Positions 19,020 to 27,965 of a DNA stretch of 64,000 nucleotides are shown in pieces; within the stretch, counting starts at the first letter, position 1, and each line of letters opens with the position of its first letter. Below the pieces are notes generated by a model. The model was not told where the DNA came from. It saw nothing but the letters and a program-made list of their open reading frames with translations, and did not search any database. This DNA is from Longimicrobiales bacterium. Its GTDB lineage: Bacteria > Gemmatimonadota > Gemmatimonadetes > Longimicrobiales > Gaopeijiaceae. The position numbers and the translations under genes were made by a program. The stretch is taken from positions 1,472,001-1,536,000 of the forward strand of contig CBDCNQ010000005.1 in NCBI GenBank assembly GCA_965219445.1, written 5' to 3'.

Positions 19020-20234
19020 TCAGTCCTCGCCTCCCGGGCCGGACTGAGCCACGATTGACTTGGCGTCCGGAACCACCAGCCCTGTCGCCGTGATCGCGAA
19101 AACCCGAACCGGGCGACGCACATTCCTCAGGTCGAATTCACCGAGCGCGGTCGCGGGCAGTTCGGGGTGATTCTTGATCTCATCGAAGACCTTTCCCGAG
19201 ATCATGACTGCTCCTGCGACCGAGAGTCCCTGGATGCGAGCGGCAACGTTGACCCCGTCGCCGTATACGCCATCCTCGTCTCGGTTGATGTCTCCGATAT
19301 GAAGTCCGATCCTGACGGGTATCGAAGGAGCCTGCTGCAGTGTCCGTTGGGCCGCGACGGCGGACGACACCGCTTCGATTGCGCTCGCGAAGACGCTGAG
19401 AGTCCCGTCCCCGTAGAACTGCACGATCTCACCCCCGTGGCTTTCGATGGACTGGCGGAGCACCTCCCGATGCCGATCGCGGATGCTCTTGGCCCGATGC
19501 TCGTCGTCCTGCATCAAGGCCGTGAAGCCCACCATGTCCGTAAACATGATCGCCGAGAGTCGTCGGGTAAGCGCCCTCTTGGCCTTGTTCATCTCGGACC
19601 CCATGGAGTAGACGATGCGTGCACCAATCCCAGCCATGACTACCGAAGCGAAGTTGGGGGTGTACAGGCTGGCTACGGTAACCCAGGGGGCCGCCTCGCT
19701 ACCGCCGGCTATTGCGATCAGGTGGGCCAGCGGGCCCATGGCCGCCGAAGCGGAGGCCGCCAACCATGCCTTTCCGGGTGTGTTCGGGACGAGCACCGGA
19801 AAGAGCACGATCCAGACGCAGACCCAGGACACTCCTCGCACGAATCCGGCCTCCGGCCAAGACACGAGGTTGTCCATCATCGACACGCCGAGACTGACCG
19901 CAATCTCATACAGGAGGGCCAGGTCGAGAACCAGGCTAGGCTCGAGGCGACGGGAATGGGCCATCACCACGACGGCAACCGACAGACCAACGAGCACCAA
20001 GGCGATCGTGTGCCCAGGCCGGCCCCAACCGTCTGGACCGGCGAGGTACTGGCCGACCGCCGCCAGCGTCACGACCACTGCCAGCGCACCGGCCACCACC
20101 ACGAGACGTCGGGCACCATCGGCAATCAGCTCTTCGCCGAGCCCGTACGTAATGGGAGCGAGCGTGCTGTCGGACGGGTCCGGAGGAGGGGCCGTTGTCT
20201 GCCGTCGGATGCCTCCTGGCGTGTCGTCGTTCAC
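19020..20234 (-). CDS. Membrane-anchored class III adenylate/guanylate cyclase
   Basis: About 6 TM segments, then FTDMVGFT, YGDG, RIGLHIGD, YGDGVNVAARIQ. Confidence 0.9.
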   Translation of the reverse strand: MNDDTPGGIRRQTTAPPPDPSDSTLAPITYGLGEELIADGARRLVVVAGALAVVVTLAAVGQYLAGPDGWGRPGHTIALVLVGLSVAVVVMAHSRRLEPSLVLDLALLYEIAVSLGVSMMDNLVSWPEAGFVRGVSWVCVWIVLFPVLVPNTPGKAWLAASASAAMGPLAHLIAIAGGSEAAPWVTVASLYTPNFASVVMAGIGARIVYSMGSEMNKAKRALTRRLSAIMFTDMVGFTALMQDDEHRAKSIRDRHREVLRQSIESHGGEIVQFYGDGTLSVFASAIEAVSSAVAAQRTLQQAPSIPVRIGLHIGDINRDEDGVYGDGVNVAARIQGLSVAGAVMISGKVFDEIKNHPELPATALGEFDLRNVRRPVRVFAITATGLVVPDAKSIVAQSGPGGED

Positions 20235-20311
20235 GCGGAGGAGTATCTCCGGTCCCCCTCGATCTCACAAGTCGGCTGACGGACCGCCACAACGCTCGCC
20301 CTCTTCCTCGG

Positions 20312-21046
20312 TCATGAAGCGGCGTTACGGCCTTGTGAAATTTCCCCTGGCTGCCGTCCCATTACAGCGATGTACGCCGCCGCGGCCACAGACGCGGCCG
20401 TGATCCACAGCACGAGCCAGGCGGTCGGCGGGATTCCAGCCTCATCGGCAAACCGGGCGAGGCCCATCTGGCTGCTGAAGAAAGTGTGAGCGGTGATGAG
20501 GAGGACCACGCCGTAATCGAACATCCGGTCAAGGAGTCGCAAAACCCCGGCCAAGAGCACGAAGACCGTCGTCGCGCTGTGCCCCACGATACTGACCGCG
20601 CTGTGTTGCTCATGTTGCAAAAACACCACCGCAAACGCGGCGGCCGCGATCAGGATCTGAATGGACGGGAGTACCTCGGTATACCGAGTCGTCACCAGGA
20701 CGAAGGCTGCGAGCCCGAGCAGCATCAGGTTCAGAGAGACGTGTTGGAGCTCGGCCCTGCCGGCACCATCGAAGATTCCGAGTGGAGGATGCATGATGAA
20801 GGTGTCGACGAGGATGTAGAGCGACGCGGCGCCAAGAGCCAGATAGGCCTCGATCTGTATGAGTCGACGCATATCGAGCGTCCTAGACATGCTCGTGAGT
20901 CCGGCGCTCGCAAATAGCATCGCGGGGCCGAGATGGCCGAAGAACTGGAGAACCCCAACCCTGTCCGAGAATACTCCGGCGAAATAAGCGAGGCCGGTGA
21001 CCGCCAAGACGTGCGCCGCGGCCAATTGGGACGCTTTCTTTAGCAT
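20312..21046 (-). CDS. His-rich polytopic membrane protein (Ytp1/TMEM45-like pattern)
   Basis: GHLGPAMLF, LQHVSL, LQHEQH..GH..LLAGVLRLLD. Confidence 0.7.
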   Translation of the reverse strand: MLKKASQLAAAHVLAVTGLAYFAGVFSDRVGVLQFFGHLGPAMLFASAGLTSMSRTLDMRRLIQIEAYLALGAASLYILVDTFIMHPPLGIFDGAGRAELQHVSLNLMLLGLAAFVLVTTRYTEVLPSIQILIAAAAFAVVFLQHEQHSAVSIVGHSATTVFVLLAGVLRLLDRMFDYGVVLLITAHTFFSSQMGLARFADEAGIPPTAWLVLWITAASVAAAAYIAVMGRQPGEISQGRNAAS

Positions 21047-21251
21047 GGCTCGTGGGTCCCCCGTGAACTTGATGGCCCCCCCGGCGCGGGAGAGGGAAGC
21101 TTCCCCCGCGTAGGGGGGCAGTCAAGGGCGCTGACCGAGCGCCGCCGGGAATCCGGCGGGGTATCCATGTGGCGCATATCACGGAGCTCAGGGGAAAGGG
21201 AGGGGTGGTAGGGGGCAGCCCGAGCAGCCCGAGCGGCCCAACCACCCCACC

Positions 21252-22280
21252 TAAGAGACCAGGCTTCATTGTTTTCCGGGGCGATGATAGAACGATGATG
21301 CCGGCCACCTATGATGTCCGTCTCAAAGTCCTGATGTCACGCCCACTGGAGGAAGGTTATGAAAGCCCGGCCAGCCCAAGCCCTTCCACTTTCCCTCTTC
21401 TCACCGCCCTACAACCGGCTTGAACCACTGCGCTGGGACGACCGTCGCTTCGCGCAACCCAGCGGTCCCGGCACCGGACTAGTGTGGCAACTCGGGCTTG
21501 GAAGCTGGAACGGCGTATTCAAGGTCGTTCGCCGCCGTCCACCCGGGATGGCACTTGTCGTCATCCTGCCTGCGACGGTTGATCTCGATTCGGAGCCGCA
21601 GCTGCTACGCGTAGTCGAGGCATGTCGCCCTCATAGCATCCTGCCTTTCCATCGTGAGCCACAGGTCGACGATCTCAGTGGGCTCCTCAGGCGAGAGCCC
21701 GAGGACCTCTCGGTGGAGGTCATGGACTATCTGCAATGGCGTGGTATCAATGTGGATATCGAGGTCCGACGGCTGATCCGAAGAACCATCGACCTTTCCT
21801 CAGAATTACGCAGTATCACGGCCCTTGCTCGATCCCTTTACCTCTCCAGGCGCGCTCTTGGACGGCGCTTCCTAACGAACGGGCTGCCCGTGCCTTCGCA
21901 TTGGCTCCATTTCGGTCGGGTGCTACGCGCCGCCCTTTGCCTCCAAAGTTCCGGCGTAACCTTGGCGGAGGCCGCTAGCCGATTGGGATATCCCGACGGT
22001 TTCGCATTGTCGAACCAAATGCAACGCCTCGTAGGTGTCCGCCCCTCCGACACACGACGTTATCTCGGATGGGAGTGGCTCGTCGAGGCATGGATCCGCA
22101 CGGAGGCGGCCAGCGGTGGCTTTTCAAGCCACATGTGGGGTACTTTGACCAAAGACTTCAGCTTAGCCCCCGCTCGGCGGGCGGCGGCTGACCCTGACGA
22201 AGAGCAAAAGACTGAGATTTCGAGCGGCCCTCCCCCCCGGCCCAGCGAGAAGGAGCGGTCCCGGTTGTAAGAGACCAGGC
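21252..22280 (+). repeat. 13-bp exact direct repeat flanking the AraC-like gene
   Basis: TAAGAGACCAGGC at 21252-21264 and 22268-22280. Confidence 0.8.
21359..22270 (+). CDS. AraC-type HTH transcriptional regulator
   Basis: SITALARSLYLSRRALGRRF..TLAEAASRLGYPDGFALSNQMQRLVGVRPS. Confidence 0.85.
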   Translation: MKARPAQALPLSLFSPPYNRLEPLRWDDRRFAQPSGPGTGLVWQLGLGSWNGVFKVVRRRPPGMALVVILPATVDLDSEPQLLRVVEACRPHSILPFHREPQVDDLSGLLRREPEDLSVEVMDYLQWRGINVDIEVRRLIRRTIDLSSELRSITALARSLYLSRRALGRRFLTNGLPVPSHWLHFGRVLRAALCLQSSGVTLAEAASRLGYPDGFALSNQMQRLVGVRPSDTRRYLGWEWLVEAWIRTEAASGGFSSHMWGTLTKDFSLAPARRAAADPDEEQKTEISSGPPPRPSEKERSRL

Positions 22281-22315
22281 GTTAAGAACTAAACCTCGCG
22301 AGCGAGGCGACCCAA

Positions 22316-25300
22316 GTGAGCGCTCACACCAACACTGACGATCCCCTGCGTACTGAGGTGCGTCTCTTCGGAGGGCCCCTGGTGCTCGTGGACGGCGAGG
22401 CGATCAAGCTATCGAAATATCAATCGTACCTCATTGCTCTCGTTTTCGGACACGGAGAGGAAGGGATCTCGCGTTCTCGACTGATCGACTTCTTGTGGGA
22501 TGAGCCCGACGGGGCTGCTCAACGTCATCGGTTGAGTCAGCTGTTGCATGGCGTCACGAAGAAATGCAGTCGGAAGATCATACGGGACGACGGGGGATTC
22601 TTACTAAGCGACCTCTCGGACCTGTCGTGCGACCTCACGCGAGTACTGCGGTCGGTCAGAGGCCAGGATTTTCACGGACTGGACGCGCCGTGCGTCGCTG
22701 ACTTTCTCTCCCGCGTCGAAAACGCACCGACGGTCGCGTTCGAGAGCTGGCATGAATCATCGGCCCGACAGATAGAGGATCACTTCACGGACGCCTTATC
22801 GGCAGCTTGTTCGAGCGCTGAAGCGGAGGCGAGATGGTCCGACCTGGGCGGCCTCTTAACCGTGGCGGTCAACGCCTACCCACCAAATGAAGATTTTCTA
22901 CAGCGTTCTATCCGCCACCTCGTCATGACCGACAGCGCTGATCAGGTCCCAAAAGCGGTGTCAGATTTCGCGGCCTGGTGGGAAAGAGCCCACGGGAGGT
23001 CGTGGGTCCCGGAGCGCGCAACTTCGGAGCTGTGCCAGGAGGCCACCGAGAGTGGCCCTCTGGGGCGAAACACGGATGTCGGAGGCAGCACTACTCCCCT
23101 GGTTGGCCGAGGGCCTGAGCTGAAGTTTCTTCATACACGGCTGTCCGCACGAAAGACAGAGCCGCGACTCATCGTCGTGATGGGAGAAGCAGGAATTGGC
23201 AAAACGAGGATCATCGAGGAGGCGATGCGGCGGATTCGCCTGGACGGTATACGGACTCTTGCGGCCAGGGGAGCTGAATTTGAGGACTGCATTCCCCTTA
23301 GCCCGATCATCGATGTGCTTCAGCAACTGTCGACAGAAGATCTTTCCGTCCTGGGTGAGCCCTGGGTAACGGTGCTGCGAGGCCTCCTGCCGCGAGCACA
23401 CGGAGCACCGGAGAAGACCATCCCGCCCCCCCTCCGACCGTTGAGCCTATCTCGGCGCCTGATGGAAGCCTTTCTTCTTCTGTTCGAACATCTCTCGGAA
23501 CGTCAGCCCCTCACGCTATTTCTTGACGACGTACACTGGATGGACGAGACCTCACTCGCGGTCATTCAGTTCGTCAGGCGGCGGGCCAAGGGTGATCTCA
23601 CGATGGTTCTGGTGTTGACCACCGAGTTGATCCAGAAGCGGGCTTACGTTCAGGAGTTCCTGACCTCCATCAACGGGCAGTACGAACGTCTGTCCGTGGA
23701 AGAACTCGACTCGACCTCCGCGGAGGCCATCGTAGATCACCTCACCCAGGGAGTTCTGCCACCTAGGACACTGGAGTCGATCTGCGCTTTGGGCGCCGGC
23801 AACGCATTCTATCTCACCGAGCTGGCGGCCGAGGCCAACGCAGGACGGCTGGAATTCACCACGGAGCTCGACGAGCCCGCGATTCCTCCGTCAGTGCACA
23901 ACCTCCTCCAGCCCAGATTATTGGAGCTTTCCACAGATGCTAGGGATCTGCTTGCGATATTGGCGATCTGGGGGCAGACACAGCCTCTAGCCGACACCGC
24001 CGAGATGCTGAACAAGACGCTGTCTACCCTCATCGAGCCGAGCGAGGAGCTGCTGCGTTCCCGGCTAGTGGTTGAGGATGAGGGAGGATGTCGTATCGGG
24101 CACCCACTCGTTCGCAGGGCCGTTTATGATTCTCTTAGCACGGCGCGGCGTCGGATGTTGCACGAACACGTGGCCCAATCTCTCAACGCGGACGACGAAG
24201 CCAATTGGGGAGCCCTGGCGATGCACTTCGACAGGGCCGGTAAGGCCACGGAGGCCGTCAAATATTCAATGCTTGCGGCAGAGTTCGCGCAGCGGTCGGG
24301 GGCAATTCCAGAGGCTATCAGACACCTGTCGATCGCCCGGCGGAACGAATCCAATGTGGAAGCAAGGAGTGATATCCTCTGGAGATTGGGGCACCTCCAT
24401 TACCTCCGCCAGGATTTGGCAACCGCGGCTCCCATACTCGGGCTCTCCTGTGAAGGCTTGAGAGCGGCGGGTCGGCGAGGTAGAGCCTGGGAGGCCGAAC
24501 TTGAGGAAATGGATTGCCTCCTTCGCCTCAATCCAGGCCTGACTGCCGACCTCCTGGCCAGGCTTCACGAGATGGAAACAACCCTCAAATCCGAAGGGGA
24601 ATCTGAGGCCTATGCTAAGGCTTTGGATATTGAAGTTCACGCGCTCGACCGAAAGGGAGATGTCCAAGCGATTCGAGCAAAGCTCGAAGAGGCCGATGCA
24701 TTGAGCAGAGTCGGCACACCCCGGGCACAGTGCAGGGCGCATTGCACGTTGGCATTACACCAACTATACGGCATACCCGAGCTCGCCCTCGCGAGTGCTC
24801 GAAAGGCAGTCGCTTTGGCGAAGGCACACGACTCGGTCGCTGAGAGACCGATCGCCATAAATCGGCTAATTGTTGTCCTAAACTATCAGGGACTATTGGC
24901 CTCCACAGGAGGTCTGAATCTCATCACCGACGCGGAAACGGCGGCGGCGCTGACGGGCGATCTACTGCTTCGGTTCACCCTTCGACTTAATAGGGGCGTA
25001 TGGCACTTGGATTCCGGTAATTATGATGCTGCCGAGGTTTCCTTCTGCGAAGCGAGAGAGATAGTCGAGAGTGGAGACTCGGAGGCTGCAAGTGTCCTTC
25101 TGGACGTCAATTGTGGGGAACTCAACTTGGGGCTGGGAAAAAACTCGAAGGCCTTAGAGTTTTTCGAACGAGTAATGAATAAGGATCCGGAATCCCTGCC
25201 CGCTAACCTCTCCCTGAGCGCCAAGGCGGGGTTGGGAATATGCGAACTTCACCAGGGCAATCTGCGGCGTGCCGTCGAGAGGCATGATCTAATGCAATTC

Positions 25301-25582
25301 CCAAGCCATTGGTCCTTCGACCCAACGCTACCCATCACTTTCCGAGCCCGCATTCGTCGGTGCAATAGTGACCTGCCGGGTGCCTTAGGAGTCTTGCGTG
25401 CGACCGCTGAACAAGTCGAAACGAGGTTCCCCTTGAGTTGGATCAAGCTTCGTATGGAGGAAATTCGACTCTTACGAACCACCGACGAAGCCACGGCAGG
25501 CCGGCTGGCCGACGATGTGTCAAGAAAGGCTATGAACTTGGGACTCACTCATCAGCAGAAGAGAATTCAAGCCCTCGTTTAA
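22316..25582 (+). CDS. SARP/BTAD-like wHTH + AAA ATPase (STAND-like) + TPR regulator
   Basis: VRLFGGP..ISRSRLIDFLWDE; LVGRGPEL; Walker A GEAGIGKT; Walker B LFLDDVHWMD; helical repeats. Confidence 0.88.
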   Translation: MSAHTNTDDPLRTEVRLFGGPLVLVDGEAIKLSKYQSYLIALVFGHGEEGISRSRLIDFLWDEPDGAAQRHRLSQLLHGVTKKCSRKIIRDDGGFLLSDLSDLSCDLTRVLRSVRGQDFHGLDAPCVADFLSRVENAPTVAFESWHESSARQIEDHFTDALSAACSSAEAEARWSDLGGLLTVAVNAYPPNEDFLQRSIRHLVMTDSADQVPKAVSDFAAWWERAHGRSWVPERATSELCQEATESGPLGRNTDVGGSTTPLVGRGPELKFLHTRLSARKTEPRLIVVMGEAGIGKTRIIEEAMRRIRLDGIRTLAARGAEFEDCIPLSPIIDVLQQLSTEDLSVLGEPWVTVLRGLLPRAHGAPEKTIPPPLRPLSLSRRLMEAFLLLFEHLSERQPLTLFLDDVHWMDETSLAVIQFVRRRAKGDLTMVLVLTTELIQKRAYVQEFLTSINGQYERLSVEELDSTSAEAIVDHLTQGVLPPRTLESICALGAGNAFYLTELAAEANAGRLEFTTELDEPAIPPSVHNLLQPRLLELSTDARDLLAILAIWGQTQPLADTAEMLNKTLSTLIEPSEELLRSRLVVEDEGGCRIGHPLVRRAVYDSLSTARRRMLHEHVAQSLNADDEANWGALAMHFDRAGKATEAVKYSMLAAEFAQRSGAIPEAIRHLSIARRNESNVEARSDILWRLGHLHYLRQDLATAAPILGLSCEGLRAAGRRGRAWEAELEEMDCLLRLNPGLTADLLARLHEMETTLKSEGESEAYAKALDIEVHALDRKGDVQAIRAKLEEADALSRVGTPRAQCRAHCTLALHQLYGIPELALASARKAVALAKAHDSVAERPIAINRLIVVLNYQGLLASTGGLNLITDAETAAALTGDLLLRFTLRLNRGVWHLDSGNYDAAEVSFCEAREIVESGDSEAASVLLDVNCGELNLGLGKNSKALEFFERVMNKDPESLPANLSLSAKAGLGICELHQGNLRRAVERHDLMQFPSHWSFDPTLPITFRARIRRCNSDLPGALGVLRATAEQVETRFPLSWIKLRMEEIRLLRTTDEATAGRLADDVSRKAMNLGLTHQQKRIQALV

Positions 25583-25665
25583 ACGCCTGCCGAACAAACT
25601 CGAGGACATCTCTTTCTCGATTACCGACAAACAAGAACGTAACGCGCGGTTGGTCGGCGCTCAGG

Positions 25666-27055
25666 TCACCGGTTCAGCCTCCCCCAGGATGCCTCAGATC
25701 TTCGTCGATAAGTTCCCGTTGAGGCGCTTCCATGGATCGTCTCTGGCACATTCAAGCCAGCTGCTAAGATCTCGTCGGCGTGGTCTTGCAGCACCGAGGA
25801 CGATACGATCGCGTGGACGACGCCGGGATCAAACTGTGTACCGCAGAACTCGAGTAATTCCTCCCGAACGACAGCGAGTGGAAGGGCCTTTCGATAGGGT
25901 CGGTCGGACAGCATCGCATCTATTGCATCCGCCACCTTGATAATTCGAGCGCCTATGGGGATCTCGTTTCCGACTAGTCCGTGCGGATATCCTCCACCAT
26001 CTACGCGCTCATGATGGTGTCGAACGGCACCAAGCACAGCCTCAGGGTAGGACGAAAGTGACTCGAGTAGCTCTACGCCCGTCGTGACATGAGATTGGAT
26101 CACCCTCCGTTCGAGCACGTTGAGTGGCCCTTCCTTCTGAAGGATTTCCACGTAGATCTCGTCGATCTTCCCAATATCATGAAGCAGCGCTGCAGTCTCG
26201 ACGTATTTGGCCTGTGTAGTGGAGAGACCCAAGGGTTTCGGCAATGCGACGGGATAACGTTGAAACACGCTGCGAATGGCCGGACGTGTACGGATCGCGA
26301 ACATCGATGGCCTTGACGAGAGCCTTCAAGAGGTTGGCACTCACCTCCTGAAGCTGGAAGGTCCTGAGGTAGGCTGTTCGGATGAACAAGAGGGGCAAAA
26401 TGACGAGAAGAAAGCCAGCAATGTTGTAATCCACATAAAGAAATGCCATTACGATCGAGATCGGACTTATAAGCAGATCGTAACCCAGATTCGCACCTGA
26501 GCGGCCTACAACAAGGTCCAATACCCTTCGGAATGGCATGCTCTCCATGATCGCAATGGCGATGGCCACGGCGCTTTGATTGACCACGAGGAAAGTCAAG
26601 CCGAATCCGACAAGTTGAACGCCCTGAATCGCGAACGGTGTGGTGACTGTAGCCTGTGGAACACCGCCAAGCGCCTCAAACACGATGCCCCCCACGACCG
26701 TACAAAGCAGATACTGACTGATGTTGAAGATCGCTTTGATGGGCTCGTTCCGGCGAACAATGACCTCGCCGAACGCGCCGGTGGCAGCGTGGAGGATTAC
26801 CGCAGGAACCGGCCCGAAAAGCAGGACGCAGGTAAGCAGCGGCAAAAACGTGATCGACGAACTGCCTGAATTTCCCGCGAGCTTGACCTTAATGGAGAGG
26901 GCTTCCGAGACGAGACCCAGTATCACGAGAGATAACAAGCCCGCCCAGGACTCAAATGATAGGGAGCTCAGGACCCCCCAATCCAGCAAGAAAAAGGATC
27001 CTGTAGCGAGCGCCACAACGCATCCAACATAGATCCTAAACGAGCTGCTCTGCAT
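25666..27055 (-). CDS. Membrane-sensor (MASE9-like) HD-GYP c-di-GMP phosphodiesterase, split by a +1 frameshift at about 26228-26230
   Basis: About 7 TM segments; RDPYTSGHSQRV in ORF 26177-27055; LLHDIGK, HHERVDGGGYPHGL, ADAIDAMLSDRPYR in ORF 25666-26304; deleting one G of GGG joins them as ETLGLSTTQAKYV. Confidence 0.88.
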
Positions 27056-27064
27056 GCGCGAAAG

Positions 27065-27241
27065 CCCCCCTCGACGGCCCGTCTAGATACCCAAAATGCC
27101 TCTAAAGAGCAAAGCTCCTAGAAAATTGAACAGAGAGCTAAACATGAGCTGCACCTCCTTTCGTAGGTGTCAGCTTCTACCGCTCAAGAAGCTGCGGCCG
27201 CTTCGCTCGCTCCCCGCTCCGCTCTTGGCCCGTCGAGGGGG
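27065..27241 (-). promoter_or_regulatory. Structured intergenic RNA: long-range 14/15-bp inverted repeat plus two hairpins
   Basis: CCCCCTCGACGGGCC (27241-27227) pairs with GGGCCGTCGAGGGGG (27080-27066); CAGCTTCT/AGAAGCTG stem 27171-27194; CACCTAC-GAAA-GGAGGTG 27152-27169. Confidence 0.6.
27083..27145 (-). CDS. 20-aa hydrophobic peptide MFSSLFNFLGALLFRGILGI
   Basis: Perfect RBS AAAGGAGGT 7 nt before the ATG at 27145; TAG at 27083-27085; stop lies 27 nt upstream of the HD-GYP ATG. Confidence 0.7.
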   Translation of the reverse strand: MFSSLFNFLGALLFRGILGI

Positions 27242-27275
27242 TCTCCCTTTTACTTTGAGTCTTGCGGGGCTCCGC

Positions 27276-27965
27276 TCAGATTCTGCCTCGGACCCAACGG
27301 TCCGCGGCCTGTAGCGTCCCCATTATTACAGCCCTATCGGCTGTGTCTTCAACGGCCGCAGCCCCCGCGAGGGCCGTGATCGACCGTCCGTGAATCGCAT
27401 GTATCCCAACCAAGACGAACTGTCCGTCGAACGCCTCGACTGGTTTCACTCCATCTACTGATAACGCTACTTCACCCTCGCCGAGTAAGGCAATGATCGC
27501 CCTCTCGATGGCACGCAGCGTCGCCTCGAGTCTCGCCCGAGGAAGGTCGGCCCCACTCGCTTCTCCCTCATACTGCTCGCCGCCCCACTCCACCGTGACG
27601 GCGACCCTCACTCGGTGCGCCTTCTCCGCGTTGACCCGGTGGGTCACGAAGAGAAACCGCCCCTCTGCACTCCGGCCTCCGAACCCCCTCAAAGCTGTCA
27701 GCGCAGCAGCCTGCTCATCTTCTTTCTGCGCGACCGACACCTTTCGGTGGTCGATCTTCAGACCGAAGTGAGCCAGCAGCGCCGACTCCACATTCCGGAC
27801 CGACTGTTTCGCCGGCACGTCCCCCTCCGTGAGGAGGTGGATCTCCTCTATCACTCCACCGGGGCGAGCCACGACTCGCGCCGACACGACTCCCCGAAGT
27901 GAGTTGAGAAGCGACTCTGCCCTCTCGATGTTCCACTCAGATTTGGGGGTCAGTTCTGCGTCCAC
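27276..27965 (-). CDS. Conserved hypothetical protein; C-terminal half resembles a LeuA allosteric-type domain
   Basis: IEEIHLLT..AKQSVRNVESALLAHFGLKIDHRKVSVAQ; YEGEASG..ATLRAIERA..LAGAAAV..RAVIMGTLQAADR. Confidence 0.8.
   Translation of the reverse strand: MDAELTPKSEWNIERAESLLNSLRGVVSARVVARPGGVIEEIHLLTEGDVPAKQSVRNVESALLAHFGLKIDHRKVSVAQKEDEQAAALTALRGFGGRSAEGRFLFVTHRVNAEKAHRVRVAVTVEWGGEQYEGEASGADLPRARLEATLRAIERAIIALLGEGEVALSVDGVKPVEAFDGQFVLVGIHAIHGRSITALAGAAAVEDTADRAVIMGTLQAADRWVRGRI

Noticed and set aside
22316..25582. Avs-type antiphage STAND system
   Set aside because: The N-terminus is a wHTH/BTAD transcription module rather than a nuclease, TIR or SIR2 effector.
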